In this document: piece by piece, positions 1-12,902 of the stretch | How positions within the stretch are numbered: the stretch's first letter is position 1 | Layout: each line of letters opens with the position of its first letter | Source of the DNA: Proteromonas lacertae | Lineage: Eukaryota | Reading direction: 5' to 3' | DNA length: 64,000 bases | Assembly (NCBI GenBank): GCA_002245135.1 | Contig: NGBS01000296.1 | Span: 186,001-250,000 of the forward strand | Made by a program: the position numbers and the translations under genes | Notes under the pieces: generated by a model | The model's input: only the letters and a program-made list of their open reading frames with translations | Database searches by the model: none | Told to the model about the DNA's origin: nothing

Positions 1-80
1 TTTAACTATAACCCAATATCACAGAAAAAATAGCTTCACAATAAAATAATAATAAAATTAAAACATTACTAATTAAAAAC

Positions 81-1599
81 TTACATTAACATTAAACTTA
101 AAACACTTAATAATAAAATCAAAGATCCAGCAATATTCTTACTACTAGCACCATTTCTTTCATTATTCTTACTTCTTTGATTCACTTCAATTATAGCAAT
201 TTCTGGTAATAAACAATCAATACCTTCATTTGTACCATAGAAATTCTCATTTCCATACATTCTTCTGATTGGTTCCTGATAAATGCATTCAATTGGATCA
301 GCATAGAAAGCATTAGCATCATTAAAACCAGCATCATACACATATGCAATATGTTTGTGATTATTTCTCCATCCATTATCATTACATATTTCCATTGTAT
401 CTACTCCCATTATCCAATCAGGTGAACCATCTAAATAACTCATAACGGTAATAAATGGATAATCTCCATTGACATTAATACCATATTCTTTTACTTCATT
501 TCCATAATAAAAATCATCGAAGAAATAGACTTTGTTTACATGATCATGGTGTTTATCAGTATAATTGTTATTATCAGTTCCATATACTAAAAATTCATAG
601 ATATCTTGATCTAAATAAGTTCCTTCATTCAAATATTGAACATCTTGATCATGATTAATTATGACAGTTCTTAAGAATGTAGTGTTTGATGGAATTGGTG
701 AAAATCTTTCAATTGAATATAAACCATTTATTCTAACAACATAATCTTCATCATCTCCATGAATACAATATCTATTATCTGGAACTCTTTCAACTTTTAC
801 AGTTACCATATCTGTTAAAGTATCATAAGGACCAGCATTATTATTACTGTTGTGGAAGACATCTGTTGGTTCTAATTTTCGAATTAAATCACAACAATGT
901 GGTTCTTCTTTAGAATACCATTCTCCTGTATTATACATACCTACATCAAGTGGATATAACTATTTATTATTATGATATATATATATATATATATACATTG
1001 ATTAATCCACGGTTTATCCAAATACTTTCATCTTCATTGCATAAGTTGATTCCTGATTCACCAACAAACCAATCTGGACTGTCTTCAATACGAGCGATTA
1101 AGGATACATAATTGTGAACATTATCTGCTGGAATATCGATGTAATAGTTGCAATCATGTTGAAAACCTGGTGTTTGTGAGAAATATTTAACTATTGTATT
1201 TCCTTTTCCTAAAATTTTTAATAATCTGAAGTATTTATACTATCTAATTGATAACTATTCACATAATTTATTAAAGGTTGAGGATCATCATTTACAACGA
1301 ATTGCATAACTTCTGTTTTAATTAATTAAATAAATTTAAAGCCTACCTTCTGATGCATTTTCACGAAGCTTGAATAAATAGAATTCTGGTGAATGAACGA
1401 TCACTAACATTTCTGATAATCTTGGATCTTCTGGAACTGTTATATAAGTTTTATTTGTGAATCTTGATTGAAGATTTAATCGATATCTTGCCAATTCTAT
1501 GTGAAGTGAGTATAAAGCTTAAATCACACTATCTGGACATTTATCAGCATGAATTAAAGGTGATAAAAATAAAATTATAAATAATAAAGCGAACTTCAT
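81..1599 (-). CDS. Secreted/GPI-anchored protein with tandem Spondin_N-like domains (multi-exon)
   Basis: Signal peptide MKFALLFIILFLSPLIHA at 1599; spondin motifs DSPDWFVG...LYPLDVG and GSPDWIMGVD...YVYDAG; hydrophobic C-terminal tail; short GT-AG introns. Confidence 0.75.
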
Positions 1600-1820
1600 T
1601 GAATATAATGATATAAAAAGTGAAGAAAATTCAAACTGATTTAAGTGATTATTTTCACACTTTTATCCTTTACAATCATTTATATTAATCCATCGGATAT
1701 GATTATTAATAAATGATATTACTCATACATAAATATATCACTTTTATAAAAATGATATTCTCAACACACACAAATCAAAATGAGAAAAAAAAAGAAAGAC
1801 AGTATAAATAATTAAAATAT

Positions 1821-4210
1821 CTATGGATATGGTATTGGAGTTTGACTCTGATTTTGCATTTGCGCAGAAAGAGATTTTGAAGCAGATTTTGAAGCAGATT
1901 TCACTAAATCTTCATCTGGGTCTCTATCTTCATCAGATTCAGCTCTAGTCATCACAGCATGACTAGATAAAGTGGCATATCGAGCACCAGTTACATAAGA
2001 AGCAGCAGTTGCAAATGTAGTTCCTCCATTTCCAAAACCAACTCCTGTAGCAGCAGTAGCTTGAAAGCAAACATTATCTCTCATTTCATCTCTCATATTA
2101 GTTATATTGGTTGTACTATTAGCTGCAGCAACGTCATGAAAATTGACTTGATTGGGATGATCAACTACATTACCTTTTAAATACCCTGATATCTCTGAAT
2201 TACTAAATACAATACTAAAACCTGAATAAGGAGCATTATCTTTCTTTGTAGATTTCTGTTGTAATTCTTCTAATCTCATATCATTAACTCTTTGAAATAC
2301 TACCCACTGTATTTCTTCAGGCATTTCTTGGAATCTGTTAAACCATTTTAAGGTTTGTTTGGCTTGTAAGAATTGTACACTTTTTAAGAACTTTGAACAA
2401 TAGAAGTGTTGTACCCTGTCAGTTACATAGTCGTGAATTTCATCAAATAATTTGGGAGATATTTGAATAGTATCCATTTTGTACAAAACATCATCAACTA
2501 ACTGTTTCTTTACTGTCACTTTAAAAGCAGCTTTCTTACCCAAATAAGTCTGGAATATTCTTAATGCAAAACAATGAAGCTCGGCTTGACTACACCTACT
2601 TGCTATAACTTTGAAATATTCTAAATCTAACCAGAATGATAATAATGGTGCTTGTCCAAGATCTTTCATATAGAAATATAAACATTCTCTTGTGATTGGC
2701 TCTTGTAAAACAGCAGCATAAGTTGCAGCCTTTTGATCCATTGGTCCAATTTTACGAATTGGTGCAAATTTAACAGAAAAATAACATATAAACAATATCA
2801 AGTCAAATGCTTGAAGCAGATAAGATAATACGAAATATCCATTACCCATTTGTGGTATTATAACATCTGCAACCATTAAATAAATAAATATGATCAATGA
2901 ACATAATAATAAAGCAATTCCTCTTAATAACCATCTTAAAACAAAAGAGAGTTTTAATCGTTCAAGATGATAAAACATTGTTAAACCGTAGAAACTATAA
3001 TAAACCTATTTTAAATATAAAAATATATATATAATGATAAAATCAATATTTTAATATATATATATATATATATACAGATGGTGCAAATAATAGCCCTCTA
3101 TCAATCATTCTAGGTATACATTGCATCTGCTCAACAATTCTTCCATCATCTAATGTATAAATCATATTAACCCAAGGATTATGCGCACATAATATATATA
3201 TAGTCAAAACAACATATGTTTCAATACAATGAGCATAATAAAACCGTTTCTTTTCCCAAGGACTCATTACCATTTGAGTTTCTTGATATTTCAAGTGATC
3301 TAAGATGATATTGAGTGATGCAACGATTGTATGGACTCCATAGACATATAAATACACTACTACATTACAAGATGTTTTATTTAATTCAATGGAGGATGAT
3401 AAATAATCAGATATTGCTACTAATAAATGACCAAGTGACAATAACAATAAAAATATGGGATGTGTTCTGACAGTGACAACTATTACATTACATTTAACAA
3501 ATGTTATGGCTATTGACAAGATTAACATGAATAATGTGATTGCGACAAAGATTAATGACCAAATTGAGATGGCGGAATTTGTTTCGAGTTTTTTACATTG
3601 AAATGTTTCATTTCTTAATGTATATTTGGAATAACATTCTTCTGACTTCTTTTGCCATTCTACTTGAAATAATCCATTATCACATTTACCTGCAAATATA
3701 GAAAAATCTTCTTCTTTACAATCTATATTGGTTCTTACCACTGGAAATTCAAAGAAACTATCATAATCCAACTCATTATCTCGTAATTTGTCATTAACTG
3801 AATAAAAATGTATTACTATAGATTCATCATCTTCTAAAAAATATTTTGATGTATTATAGGAAACTTTGATGGTTTCACTATCAGAGGGCAATATAACTCC
3901 TGATTTAGGATTAAACATATAATCAGTGAGAAAGGGCGGTATATCAAATTTCAGTTTCAATAGTCCGGTGTTTTTAATACTAAATGACGTATTTGCTAAT
4001 TCCCAGGATGTAGAATAATTTATAAATAGTTTTGAAGATGACAATTCGTAAGAATATGCTGCAAAAATAAACAATAAAAAATATACATTCATCTTTCGGT
4101 GTTAGATCATCATCATCTTCTGATGTCTCAGATAAAAAAAGATCTTTATCTCTACACAAAATTAATCCTAAAAAAGCATTAATAATAAATAAATTATATA
4201 AGCATCTCAT
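1821..4210 (-). CDS. 7TM-RGS protein: signal peptide, Ig/MSP-like ectodomain, ~7 TM helices, RGS domain
   Basis: ORFs 3980-4210, 3043-4092 and 1821-2978 join through GT-AG introns; RGS-like LQEPITRECLYFYMKDLGQAPLLSFWLDLEYFK...ALRIFQTYL...LFDEIHDYV...FLKS follows multiple hydrophobic segments. Confidence 0.75.
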
Positions 4211-4334
4211 TTAAGTATATAATTATAATAAACAGACTTAAAAACAACAAAAATTAACTTGCCGTTATTCGAGGTTATTGAGACAACATTTTCACTACCC
4301 CCCATTATTTATAAAGAACAAAACAAAAATTGAA

Positions 4335-5936
4335 TTACAATATCATATCAGATAAATCATTTGAAAATTCAATAGGCACATCAACCGGAATAGGTTGTAA
4401 GTTTTTAATCTCTTCATCTTCTTCCTGCATGAGTGGTTTATTGCTTTTTTCTTTCTGCCTTTGAACACCAGCATCTCTTTCTTGGTTATAATGCTGTGAC
4501 AACAAATCAGTCTTATGAAATTTATCTTCTGGAAGTGATTCACCGTTATATGGAGTATCTTGATCAACATCATTGGTCACTTCCTCCACTACACTTGTTT
4601 TATTCATCTCTTGTATCTCTTTAGAAATATTTGTGCCGGATTTATCATTATCATCACTTAGAGCCTGTTGCAATATCCATTCTTTGCTACCTATATCAAT
4701 ACTATCAAAATTAGTATAATATTCAGAATCAATAAAGAATTTTCCTGTAAATTGATGAGATGTTGAATTAAAAAACAATTTGTGCTTCTTCTCCTCATCC
4801 TTAGCATTATATAGTAATACATAAGGTATATTAACTTCACACTTTTTATAATTCCTTATATTAATTACAATAGATGTTAAATTATATTTCAAATTTATAT
4901 CTTTCAATTTGATAGAATGGTATTAATTGAAATTCTAATATGAAATAATCAGGTATTTTTGTATATTGATCTTGATAATCACACTGTTCCAGATCTTCAA
5001 GTAACATTTGTTCAGTGTCTTTATAATAATGAATTGTATATTTCAAATCTTCTAAAACATTTGACTATAAAAAATGAAAACAATAAGAAAAAGAATATAT
5101 ATATATATATATATATATATACTACTGGAAGTGGTTTATTCTGCTGTTGAACTTTTGGCTTTGTAGATGATGATGATGATGATGTTATTGTTTTTGATTT
5201 ATTACTATTTTCATCAACTTCTTCTATCACTACACTCTTTTTCTTTCTAATATACTGAGGTTGTATTTCTTTTCCTTTATATTTCAATTTTGGTAATTTA
5301 TATTGATGATTTAATGTCAACTTATATTTCTGCTCTACATATCCAAGTGATAAATCAATGACAAAATGTTTAAATGATATATCTTTAGAGGATTCTATTA
5401 CCACTTCTGGATTGACAATAATATCATAAGTACTACATAAGTTACCTTTATTATCTTCTTCTTTATGCTCAGAACCTAAACTTAATGGAATATTTAAACC
5501 TTCTTGTTCATTACCTTCTGCATCTAATTGTTTCTTTCTTGAAAACATACCTACTTTTGTGTGAGTACAAATATTTAAAAACACTTTATCATTTGTTTCC
5601 ATATTGTTTGTTTTTACGACAAATGCTTCTTCTGGAGTGACTTTTTCATAGTCTTCATCTTGTGCTATACCTTTTTCACCCATATAACCTTTACCTCCTG
5701 GTAATTTTGCTTTAAACTCACCTTGAGCTGCTTCTTGGAGTTCTCTAACTATTTTAGCATATTCTTCTGGTTGAGTTTGCTTTAATATATCTAAGTACTA
5801 TTCCAATAAAATAAAATATGCAAAATACTTCAGCATAATCCTTAATGAAAGCTTCTCTTTCCTTTTCATCCATATCTTGAGGATTAGTCTTTTGTGGGGG
5901 ATTTTTTGGTTTTACATACTCGATATTATCACTCAT
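4335..5936 (-). CDS. PIH1-domain co-chaperone (PIH1D1/kintoun-DNAAF2 family); apparent +1 frameshift near 4924
   Basis: PIH1 motifs EAFVVKT..KVFLNICTH..IPLSLG..DNKGNLCSTYDIIVNP..YKLPKLKYKG, then a CS-like region; frame break near 4924 with no convincing intron. Confidence 0.75.
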
Positions 5937-6062
5937 TTTTGAATTAGAAAAAACAAAAAAACAGTTTCAAACAAGTTTGATCAGTTTCATTTTAAAATTT
6001 CTATTTTTTCTCTTTATAGTTAATAGAATCTTGTTTAATACCTTTATTCGCATTTATTAATA

Positions 6063-7391
6063 ATGGATGATTATGAACTTAGTAAAAGAACATCTCGTTA
6101 CAACGATTCAATAAGTCGAAAGTATATATAATTTGTATATAATAATGATAGAAGTCGAAACACAAGATCAGCTCCCACTTCAGTTGCTTTAGAACCAATT
6201 GTTGTTTTTGGAAGTAATAGAGTGTCAACTGCAAGTTCATACAAGTCTGCTAAATCTATGACAGACTCAATGAAGCAAAGTAAGAAATTTCCAAAACTAT
6301 CTACAATAATTTCAATATCTCATTCTCAATCAGCCAGTGCTAATCCATCCCAAAAACAAAACGTCCCAAATCTACATCCAACACCTCCCCGTGCACCACT
6401 TCCATTATCTACTCTATTAACACCAGATAAAAGAATAAAAACATCATTAACAAGTCCATCATTATCTCATAGATCTTATACTCCTTCATCTCAATACACA
6501 TCGATATCAAAACCAGCACCACCACCACCACAACTGGCACTTCCTCTGCAACAGCAGCAACAATATCAACAACCTCCTTATCATCCTCAATATCCATTTG
6601 ATCCTCACCAACAATATCCACCTCAATATCAACAATATCATCCTCAACAACCTTATTATCCACCTCCTGGACAATCTCCATATCCTTTAGAAAATCAAAA
6701 TTATCAACAGCAGCATTATTATTATCAACAACAACAACAACCAATACAGCCACAACAAATGCCTTATTTATATCAACCATCACAACAACCATTGTATTAT
6801 CCTCCACCATTACAGAATCATTCAACAATAGGTGTTCCACAATCAGAAGTTCCTGATAAAATAGTATATAGAGAAGTACAAGAAGAAAAACCACTATCTC
6901 CAAGACAATATTTCATATATAGGAATGGTTGTGCTTTGAAAATAATGAAATGGTTTAAGAAACAAAAACAAATCAGATTGGAAAAGAAAACAGATGGTTA
7001 TTCAAGTCAAAGTTATAAAGATACTCCACATGCAAATGATGAAAGGATAATAAGACAAGCTGATCAATTCTTAATAGATCAACAAACTAGAAAGAATAGA
7101 AGTTTACTTGGAGAATTAACAAAAGAAATATATGAAGAAGATTTAAATGATGCTTTAAGGAATATTATAATAGAAACTCTACATGAAGAAGTATCTGAGT
7201 ATTTTAGTAGACATGAAGTGGTTTATAACAAAAGAATATCAGATCCACCTATATTTGATATAGAACCGGAACGAATTGAGATTAGATCTTTAATTCGAGA
7301 AGGTATATTAGATAGATTAATATCTCATGGATTATTGAACAAATTAAGTAGAGATACAAACTGTGAAGATAATTTTTATGATTTACCCTAA
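6063..7391 (+). CDS. Pro/Gln/Tyr-rich uncharacterised protein
   Basis: ATG 6063, one GT-AG intron (~6122-6151), then the long ORF to 7391. Confidence 0.7.
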
Positions 7392-7473
7392 TTTAAATAA
7401 TAGTTATATTTATTTCGAAAAAAATATGTGTTATATATAATTTATATTCATAAATAATGATAGTTTAAAATGT

Positions 7474-8672
7474 CTAATGATGATGATGATGGCTTCCTCC
7501 CTGATTATCATTTCTCTTCACTCTATTTCTACTTTCTTCATCTAAATCATCACCAGCAGTAGCACCTGCTTTATAAACAGGATTTCCATCAGAATCAACC
7601 TCCACTTCGGTATTAAAATTATAATTTTCGAACAATACTTGATGCTCAGGGGTTAATCTCTGTTTCGGTTTATCATTCTCATCAAATGTAGCAATTAAAT
7701 CATTTGGACCTGTATCACAATTAGCTTTCTTAACATCAGGTTTAAATGGAGCCAAACTCTCATCTTTCTGTCTGAAATTCTCCCAGTCAAATCCTTCAAA
7801 CCATGGATGTTCTATTAATTCCCTAACACCATGTCGACAACCTAATCTTTTGTGATAATCGGGTTCTAAAGTTTGTACCAGGAAATCAGCAGCTTCTTGA
7901 GGAATGTCTTTACTGATCTCTTTAACAGCAGTTACTGGATCTAAATTCTGTTGTGTTGTATCACCTGTAGGGTCATTATTGGGATATGGCCACATTCCAC
8001 TTAGAAATTCATATGCCACAACACCAACTGAAAAAAACTCAGATACACGATTATGTTTATGACCTTTTCTTAATATTTCTCCTGCCATATAAGCAATTGT
8101 ACCACTTTCTGCATAACAATAACCATCTTGAAGTCTTTGTGATATACCAAAATCGGTTAGACGAATATAACCATTTGCATCTAATAACATATTATCTGGT
8201 TTAATATCTCTGTGAATTATATCTTTACTATGTAAATATTCTAATGCTATTAGCAAACAGGCAATGTAAAATTTGGCTTGATCATTTGTGAAGTGTCTGG
8301 TAGGTGAATGTTTTAATTGATATCTTAAATCTCCACCTAAACAAAGATCCATAACCATATAGCAGTTATCTTCATCTTGAAAAGAGTAAAACATATTTAC
8401 CAGGAAAGGATTATTGACGTACATCAACAAATTCCTTTCATTCATAATCATATCAGCATTTTGTGTCTTAATTACAGTTTGTTTTTCTAATGTTTTAATT
8501 GCGTACCATTTACCACTATAGAGATATTATAATAACTAAAATACGTAGGTTTATGAACACAAGCATTTACTTTACCGAAACCACCCTGACCTATGACTCT
8601 TTCTACTGTAAAGTGGGAAAGATTCACATGTAGAGGATCTGTTATGTTTTCTGAACTCTCAGTACACCCCAT
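7474..8672 (-). CDS. AGC-group Ser/Thr kinase (STK32/YANK-like), N-terminal MGC acylation motif
   Basis: IGQGGFGKV, LGGDLRYQL, HRDIKPDN, TDFG, SGTIAYMAGE, C-terminal PFKPD..ANCD; one intron. Confidence 0.88.
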
Positions 8673-8851
8673 CAGTTTATTTTAGAAAGTAACGAACTGA
8701 AAGAGCTTGGCTCGATTTTAAAGACGGTTTGTATTAATTTCAACCAAAACAAACTCCTAATCTAATCTGTGTGCTTTTGGTATTTGAAGCGTATAGTAGT
8801 TTGAATTCTTTTGAGATTTTAGTAATACATCATCAAACAAAACATTAACAA

Positions 8852-9949
8852 TCACACATTAATATATATGAATATAAGAATCATGAAATATATAATATTC
8901 TGTATATACATCTCCACTTTGTCAAGATTCATCAATGAACTTCCTCTTTTGCGAGTAATGCTGTTTTCAGATGGACTATAATCAAATATAGTTTCATAAA
9001 CTGTACTGTTTTTATTCTTCTTTGTCAGATAATGCTTTCTTGGACTTCTGCTTATTCTATTTCTCTTATTTGATATATCTTTCTTCAAATCTTCATACAT
9101 TTGATTCAAGGCAGCACATTTCGATTCTAATGATTTATTCTGATATGTCAAATCTTCAATCATTCTATTAGACTCACTTATATTATCACTATATTTAATG
9201 TCTAATTGATTATATTTTTCTTTCATTTCTGATAGTTGTCTAATTAAATTACAATTATGTTCATTCAATTTATATATTTCATTTTCTTTTTCACTGTATA
9301 ATCTCTCATAGGATTCTAGCTTAGTTGTATAGAATAGAATATTTTGATTTGACTGATATTCATCTATACTTTTCATTCTTTCAATTTTCTCTTTTTCTAC
9401 TCTTATTTCTTCTATTTGTTTGTTTAAAGCACTGATTATTGAGTTTAATTCTTCTTTAATTACTTGCTTTTCTTTATTCAAATCATTTATCACTTTTTTC
9501 ATTGATTTATTGTCAATTTCTAATTTTCTTATTCTTTCGTTTAATTTATTGTTTGTTTCAATTAATTTCTGATTATCTAAAGAAGCTTTACTTGGTGATT
9601 GACTTTTAGGAGTTTTAGTTATATCTTTCAGTGGTATTCGTTTATTTGGAGATCTAAACACATATGTATCAATACTTGATGCAGATGTATTTGGATTGGT
9701 GTTTTCATCAATAACATATGGTGTCATATCAATTATCTTACTACACTTTGGTGTTGAGTAAAAAGCATCAGTACATGATTTTGACCTGTGAGAAATACAT
9801 GTTGAATGTGCTGCCTTTTTAAGATTTGCTAGCTTTTCAGAAAAGGATTTTTCAAAGCTATCTAGTTCTTGCGAAAAAGAATTACCATCCAATCTATTAT
9901 CATTATTTAAAGCACTTGAAAAGCTACAATCATCAATTGAAGTTGTCAT
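8852..9949 (-). CDS. Coiled-coil protein, uncharacterised
   Basis: 365-aa ORF with S/TP sites and a long heptad-rich region; 3' end uncertain. Confidence 0.65.
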   Translation of the reverse strand: MTTSIDDCSFSSALNNDNRLDGNSFSQELDSFEKSFSEKLANLKKAAHSTCISHRSKSCTDAFYSTPKCSKIIDMTPYVIDENTNPNTSASSIDTYVFRSPNKRIPLKDITKTPKSQSPSKASLDNQKLIETNNKLNERIRKLEIDNKSMKKVINDLNKEKQVIKEELNSIISALNKQIEEIRVEKEKIERMKSIDEYQSNQNILFYTTKLESYERLYSEKENEIYKLNEHNCNLIRQLSEMKEKYNQLDIKYSDNISESNRMIEDLTYQNKSLESKCAALNQMYEDLKKDISNKRNRISRSPRKHYLTKKNKNSTVYETIFDYSPSENSITRKRGSSLMNLDKVEMYIQNIIYFMILIFIYINV

Positions 9950-10034
9950 TATTAAGAAAATTGAAGAAGCAATTTTAAAAATTTAACGGCTAGTTAAATA
10001 AATAAAAAGACGTTTTATGTATTTATAAGGAACC

Positions 10035-10867
10035 ATGATGATAACATACCATCAGTATGATTTTTTATAGTTGCTATGTTAAGTAGAAGAGAAAAACATG
10101 TCTACTTCATAAGACATGGTGAAGCACAACATAATGTCGCTGCGGATCAATATGATTCAAGTCAAGGTATATACTGATTCTATGTCTTAGATATAAACGA
10201 AAATATATATGCAAATGTAAAGTATTTAGACTCATCGTATATCACTCACATTTTACATGCATAAATAGATTAACAGAGATTGGAATAAAACAAGCGAAAC
10301 ATATGAACAAAAAATTACTGAAACAGCCTCCTTTTGATTTAATAGTAGTATCTCCTTTAGAACGTGCATTAGAAACAATGGAATATGCATTTAAAGATAT
10401 AGATTGTCCCAGGATAGCTCTACCAGTATATATAATATTTTATATGACATTAATTAAAACATCTAGTTAATTCGAGAAAGAACAGGTGATTATTGTAATC
10501 ATTATGCTTCTTTAGTTGAAAAGATAAGGAAATATACAGATGTTGATTTCTCATTAATGAGAGGAGATAAAGACCCATATATAAATACAACTGAAAGAGA
10601 AACTCCAGAACATATGAAAAAACGATGTGAAAAGTTCCTTAGATGGATTAATAGAAGACCTGAAGAGAATATTGCTGTTGTTTCACATATATCATTTTTT
10701 TATAGTTGTTCTGATAGATATATTTTTCTTTAATTTGTTTTTTTTACAATGGATTTTTGACATTGTTATTTAGTTCTTTTATTGTTACAAGTCCAGACAG
10801 AAGAATGAAAGATATGACGTTTAAAAATGGTGGAATTAAAAAAGTTACATTTGGACCTTCATATTAA
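10035..10867 (+). CDS. Histidine phosphatase / phosphoglycerate mutase-like protein (copy 1)
   Basis: Spliced frame gives RHGEAQHN, VVSPLERALET, RE, IAVVSH; four GT-AG introns plus one AT-AC intron. Confidence 0.85.
10689..10747 (+). other. AT-AC (U12-type) intron
   Basis: ATATCATTTT donor, TTTTCTTTAAT branch-like motif, TTAC acceptor; removal gives VVSH|NGFL, collinear with paralog VVSHSSFL. Confidence 0.8.
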
Positions 10868-10978
10868 ATAATATAAATAAAATATTGTGTATATTTTCAC
10901 TCTTTCTATAAAACACAGAAAAAATAGAATTATTTGAAACGACTATATTACCAAAATTAATTCTATTTTGATTCTTTT

Positions 10979-12902
10979 ATGAATAAAAGAAGGTATATTG
11001 TATTGTATCTATTCTATAGCAGAGGAAATAAAAGACTATTTGTTGCAATCATGCTTATGTTGGGATATACAGTCGTATAATTTCTCTTCTATTCTTCTAG
11101 CTCTTCCTTGTGAGAACGTCGTTTGGTGTAACAATTATCCCAATGGCTGAAGAGTTTAAATGGAATGGTATTAAAGTTTTATTTTATGTTAATTAGAAGC
11201 AACAAAAGGAAACATACTGTCTTCATACTTTTGGGGGTATTTAGTGCTTCAGATTTATGCAGGTGTTTTAGCAACAAAATATAATACAGCATATCTTTTT
11301 ATTTTCACTTAATTTCTTATTGTTTTCATTGACTATTTAACATACATTGTTAATATTGGTATATTTGTAGCAGCGCTAGCTTGTTTTTTTGTTCCACTAT
11401 TTGGTAAAAATGATATAGCAGTGTATTGTTAATATATTTTCTATTTTTCTGTATAGAATAATTATCAACATAATATCAGGGCTTTTTAATTCATTATACA
11501 CACCAAATACATTCCATTTACTCTCCAAATGGTCACCGCCCAAAGAAAGATCAAAATTAAACTCAATTGTCAATTGTGGCTGTCCATTAGGTTTAGCCTT
11601 AGGTGAATTAGTGGCAGGGTTTATATGTGATACTAAATGGGGATGGAGAGGTGTATATTATTTATTTTCATCTGTTTCTATTATATGGTGTATTGTTTTT
11701 TATATGTATAATAATAATAATCATCATTTCATTTATAATAGTTATATTTATCCAACACCTGAAGAAGATAAGAGAATAAGTGCTGAAGAATTAGAATATA
11801 TTGAATCATCCATCTTCGCAACAAATTCACCAAAATCTCCGAAATCTGATGAAGAAGAAAGAAATAAAGAAAATGATGGAATAGGTATTGAAATGAGAGA
11901 GATAAATAGAATTGCATCCACTGCAATCGTGATTGATTCAGATGATGAAAATGAATTAGCTGTTACTCCTAAAAGAAATAATACAAGCAAAAATAACAAT
12001 GTCATTAATGCGAAGATATTGAAAGGAAAAAGAGATAATAATAATGATGATGATGAAGAAGGTATTGATCATTCAAATGAAAAAACTGGTTTAATAACAG
12101 CTGAAGAAAAAAGTAATGATTATGAAAAAGAAGAAAAAAAGAAGAGAAAAGAGAAGAACACTAAGAAAGCAGTAAAAGATAAGAAACTAACTCGTCATAA
12201 TTCAGAACCAATTCCTTGGTTTACATTATTCACAAATCGTTCAGCAATAATTATATACATATTAGCTGGTGCTGGTGATTGGAATTTTTTTACATTAATG
12301 ACTTATGCTCCAACATTTATTAAAGGAATGTATAATGATTTATCCATTAGTACTACTACTATATTAATATTCTTCCCATTTTTGGCTGAGACTGTTTTTC
12401 AATTAATTATTTGTCCAATTGGTGATTATTTGATTGATCATAAATGTTTATCGTATTTTTGTTATTATTATTTTATAGAATTTTAGCTCAAAGAAAAGTG
12501 TTTATACTTGTATTCAATGTATTAACTGCGCTGTTTTTAGTATTAACATGTTATGCTCCTAATTTATCATTGACTATTGTATTCTTAACTATTAGTACAG
12601 GATTCTCTGGCGTTCCAATTGCTACGTATTGTGCTAATATGATGGATATATCTACTAACAGTATGGGAATGATAATGGCTCTTGCTAATACTGTTGCTAC
12701 CCTCTCTGGAGCAGTTGCACCATTATTGACTTCGAGAATTATAGGTGATAATCCAACAATGAAAGAAGTATGTTATTATTATTATTATTATCTATATATG
12801 TAATAGTGGCAAATTGTGTTTATAATTTCTGCTATTGTTCTAGTTGTTCCTTCAGCTATGTTCATATGTATGGGACGAGCTGAAATTCAAAATAAATTGT
12901 AA
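10979..12902 (+). CDS. MFS transporter, SLC17/anion:cation symporter family
   Basis: TKGNILSSYFWGY, LLSKWSPPKERS, WGWRGVYY, IPWFTLFT, MALANTVATLSG, EWQIVF motifs across exons. Confidence 0.88.
11291..11341 (+). other. AT-AC (U12-type) intron
   Basis: ATATCTTTTT donor, TTTTCATTGAC branch-like motif, TTAAC acceptor; contains an in-frame TAA, and removal restores KYNTA|YIVNIGIFV. Confidence 0.8.

Noticed and set aside
6409..6903. Antisense and overlapping ORFs in the track (e.g. 6409-6903, 11748-12005, 21330-21809, 22868-23221, 32572-33117, 42035-42412)
   Set aside because: Shadow frames of real genes or low-complexity sequence with no recognisable motifs
9981..9999. Short palindrome ATTTAAC-GGCTA-GTTAAAT in a divergent promoter
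   Set aside because: 7-bp AT-rich arms seen only once; plausible by chance
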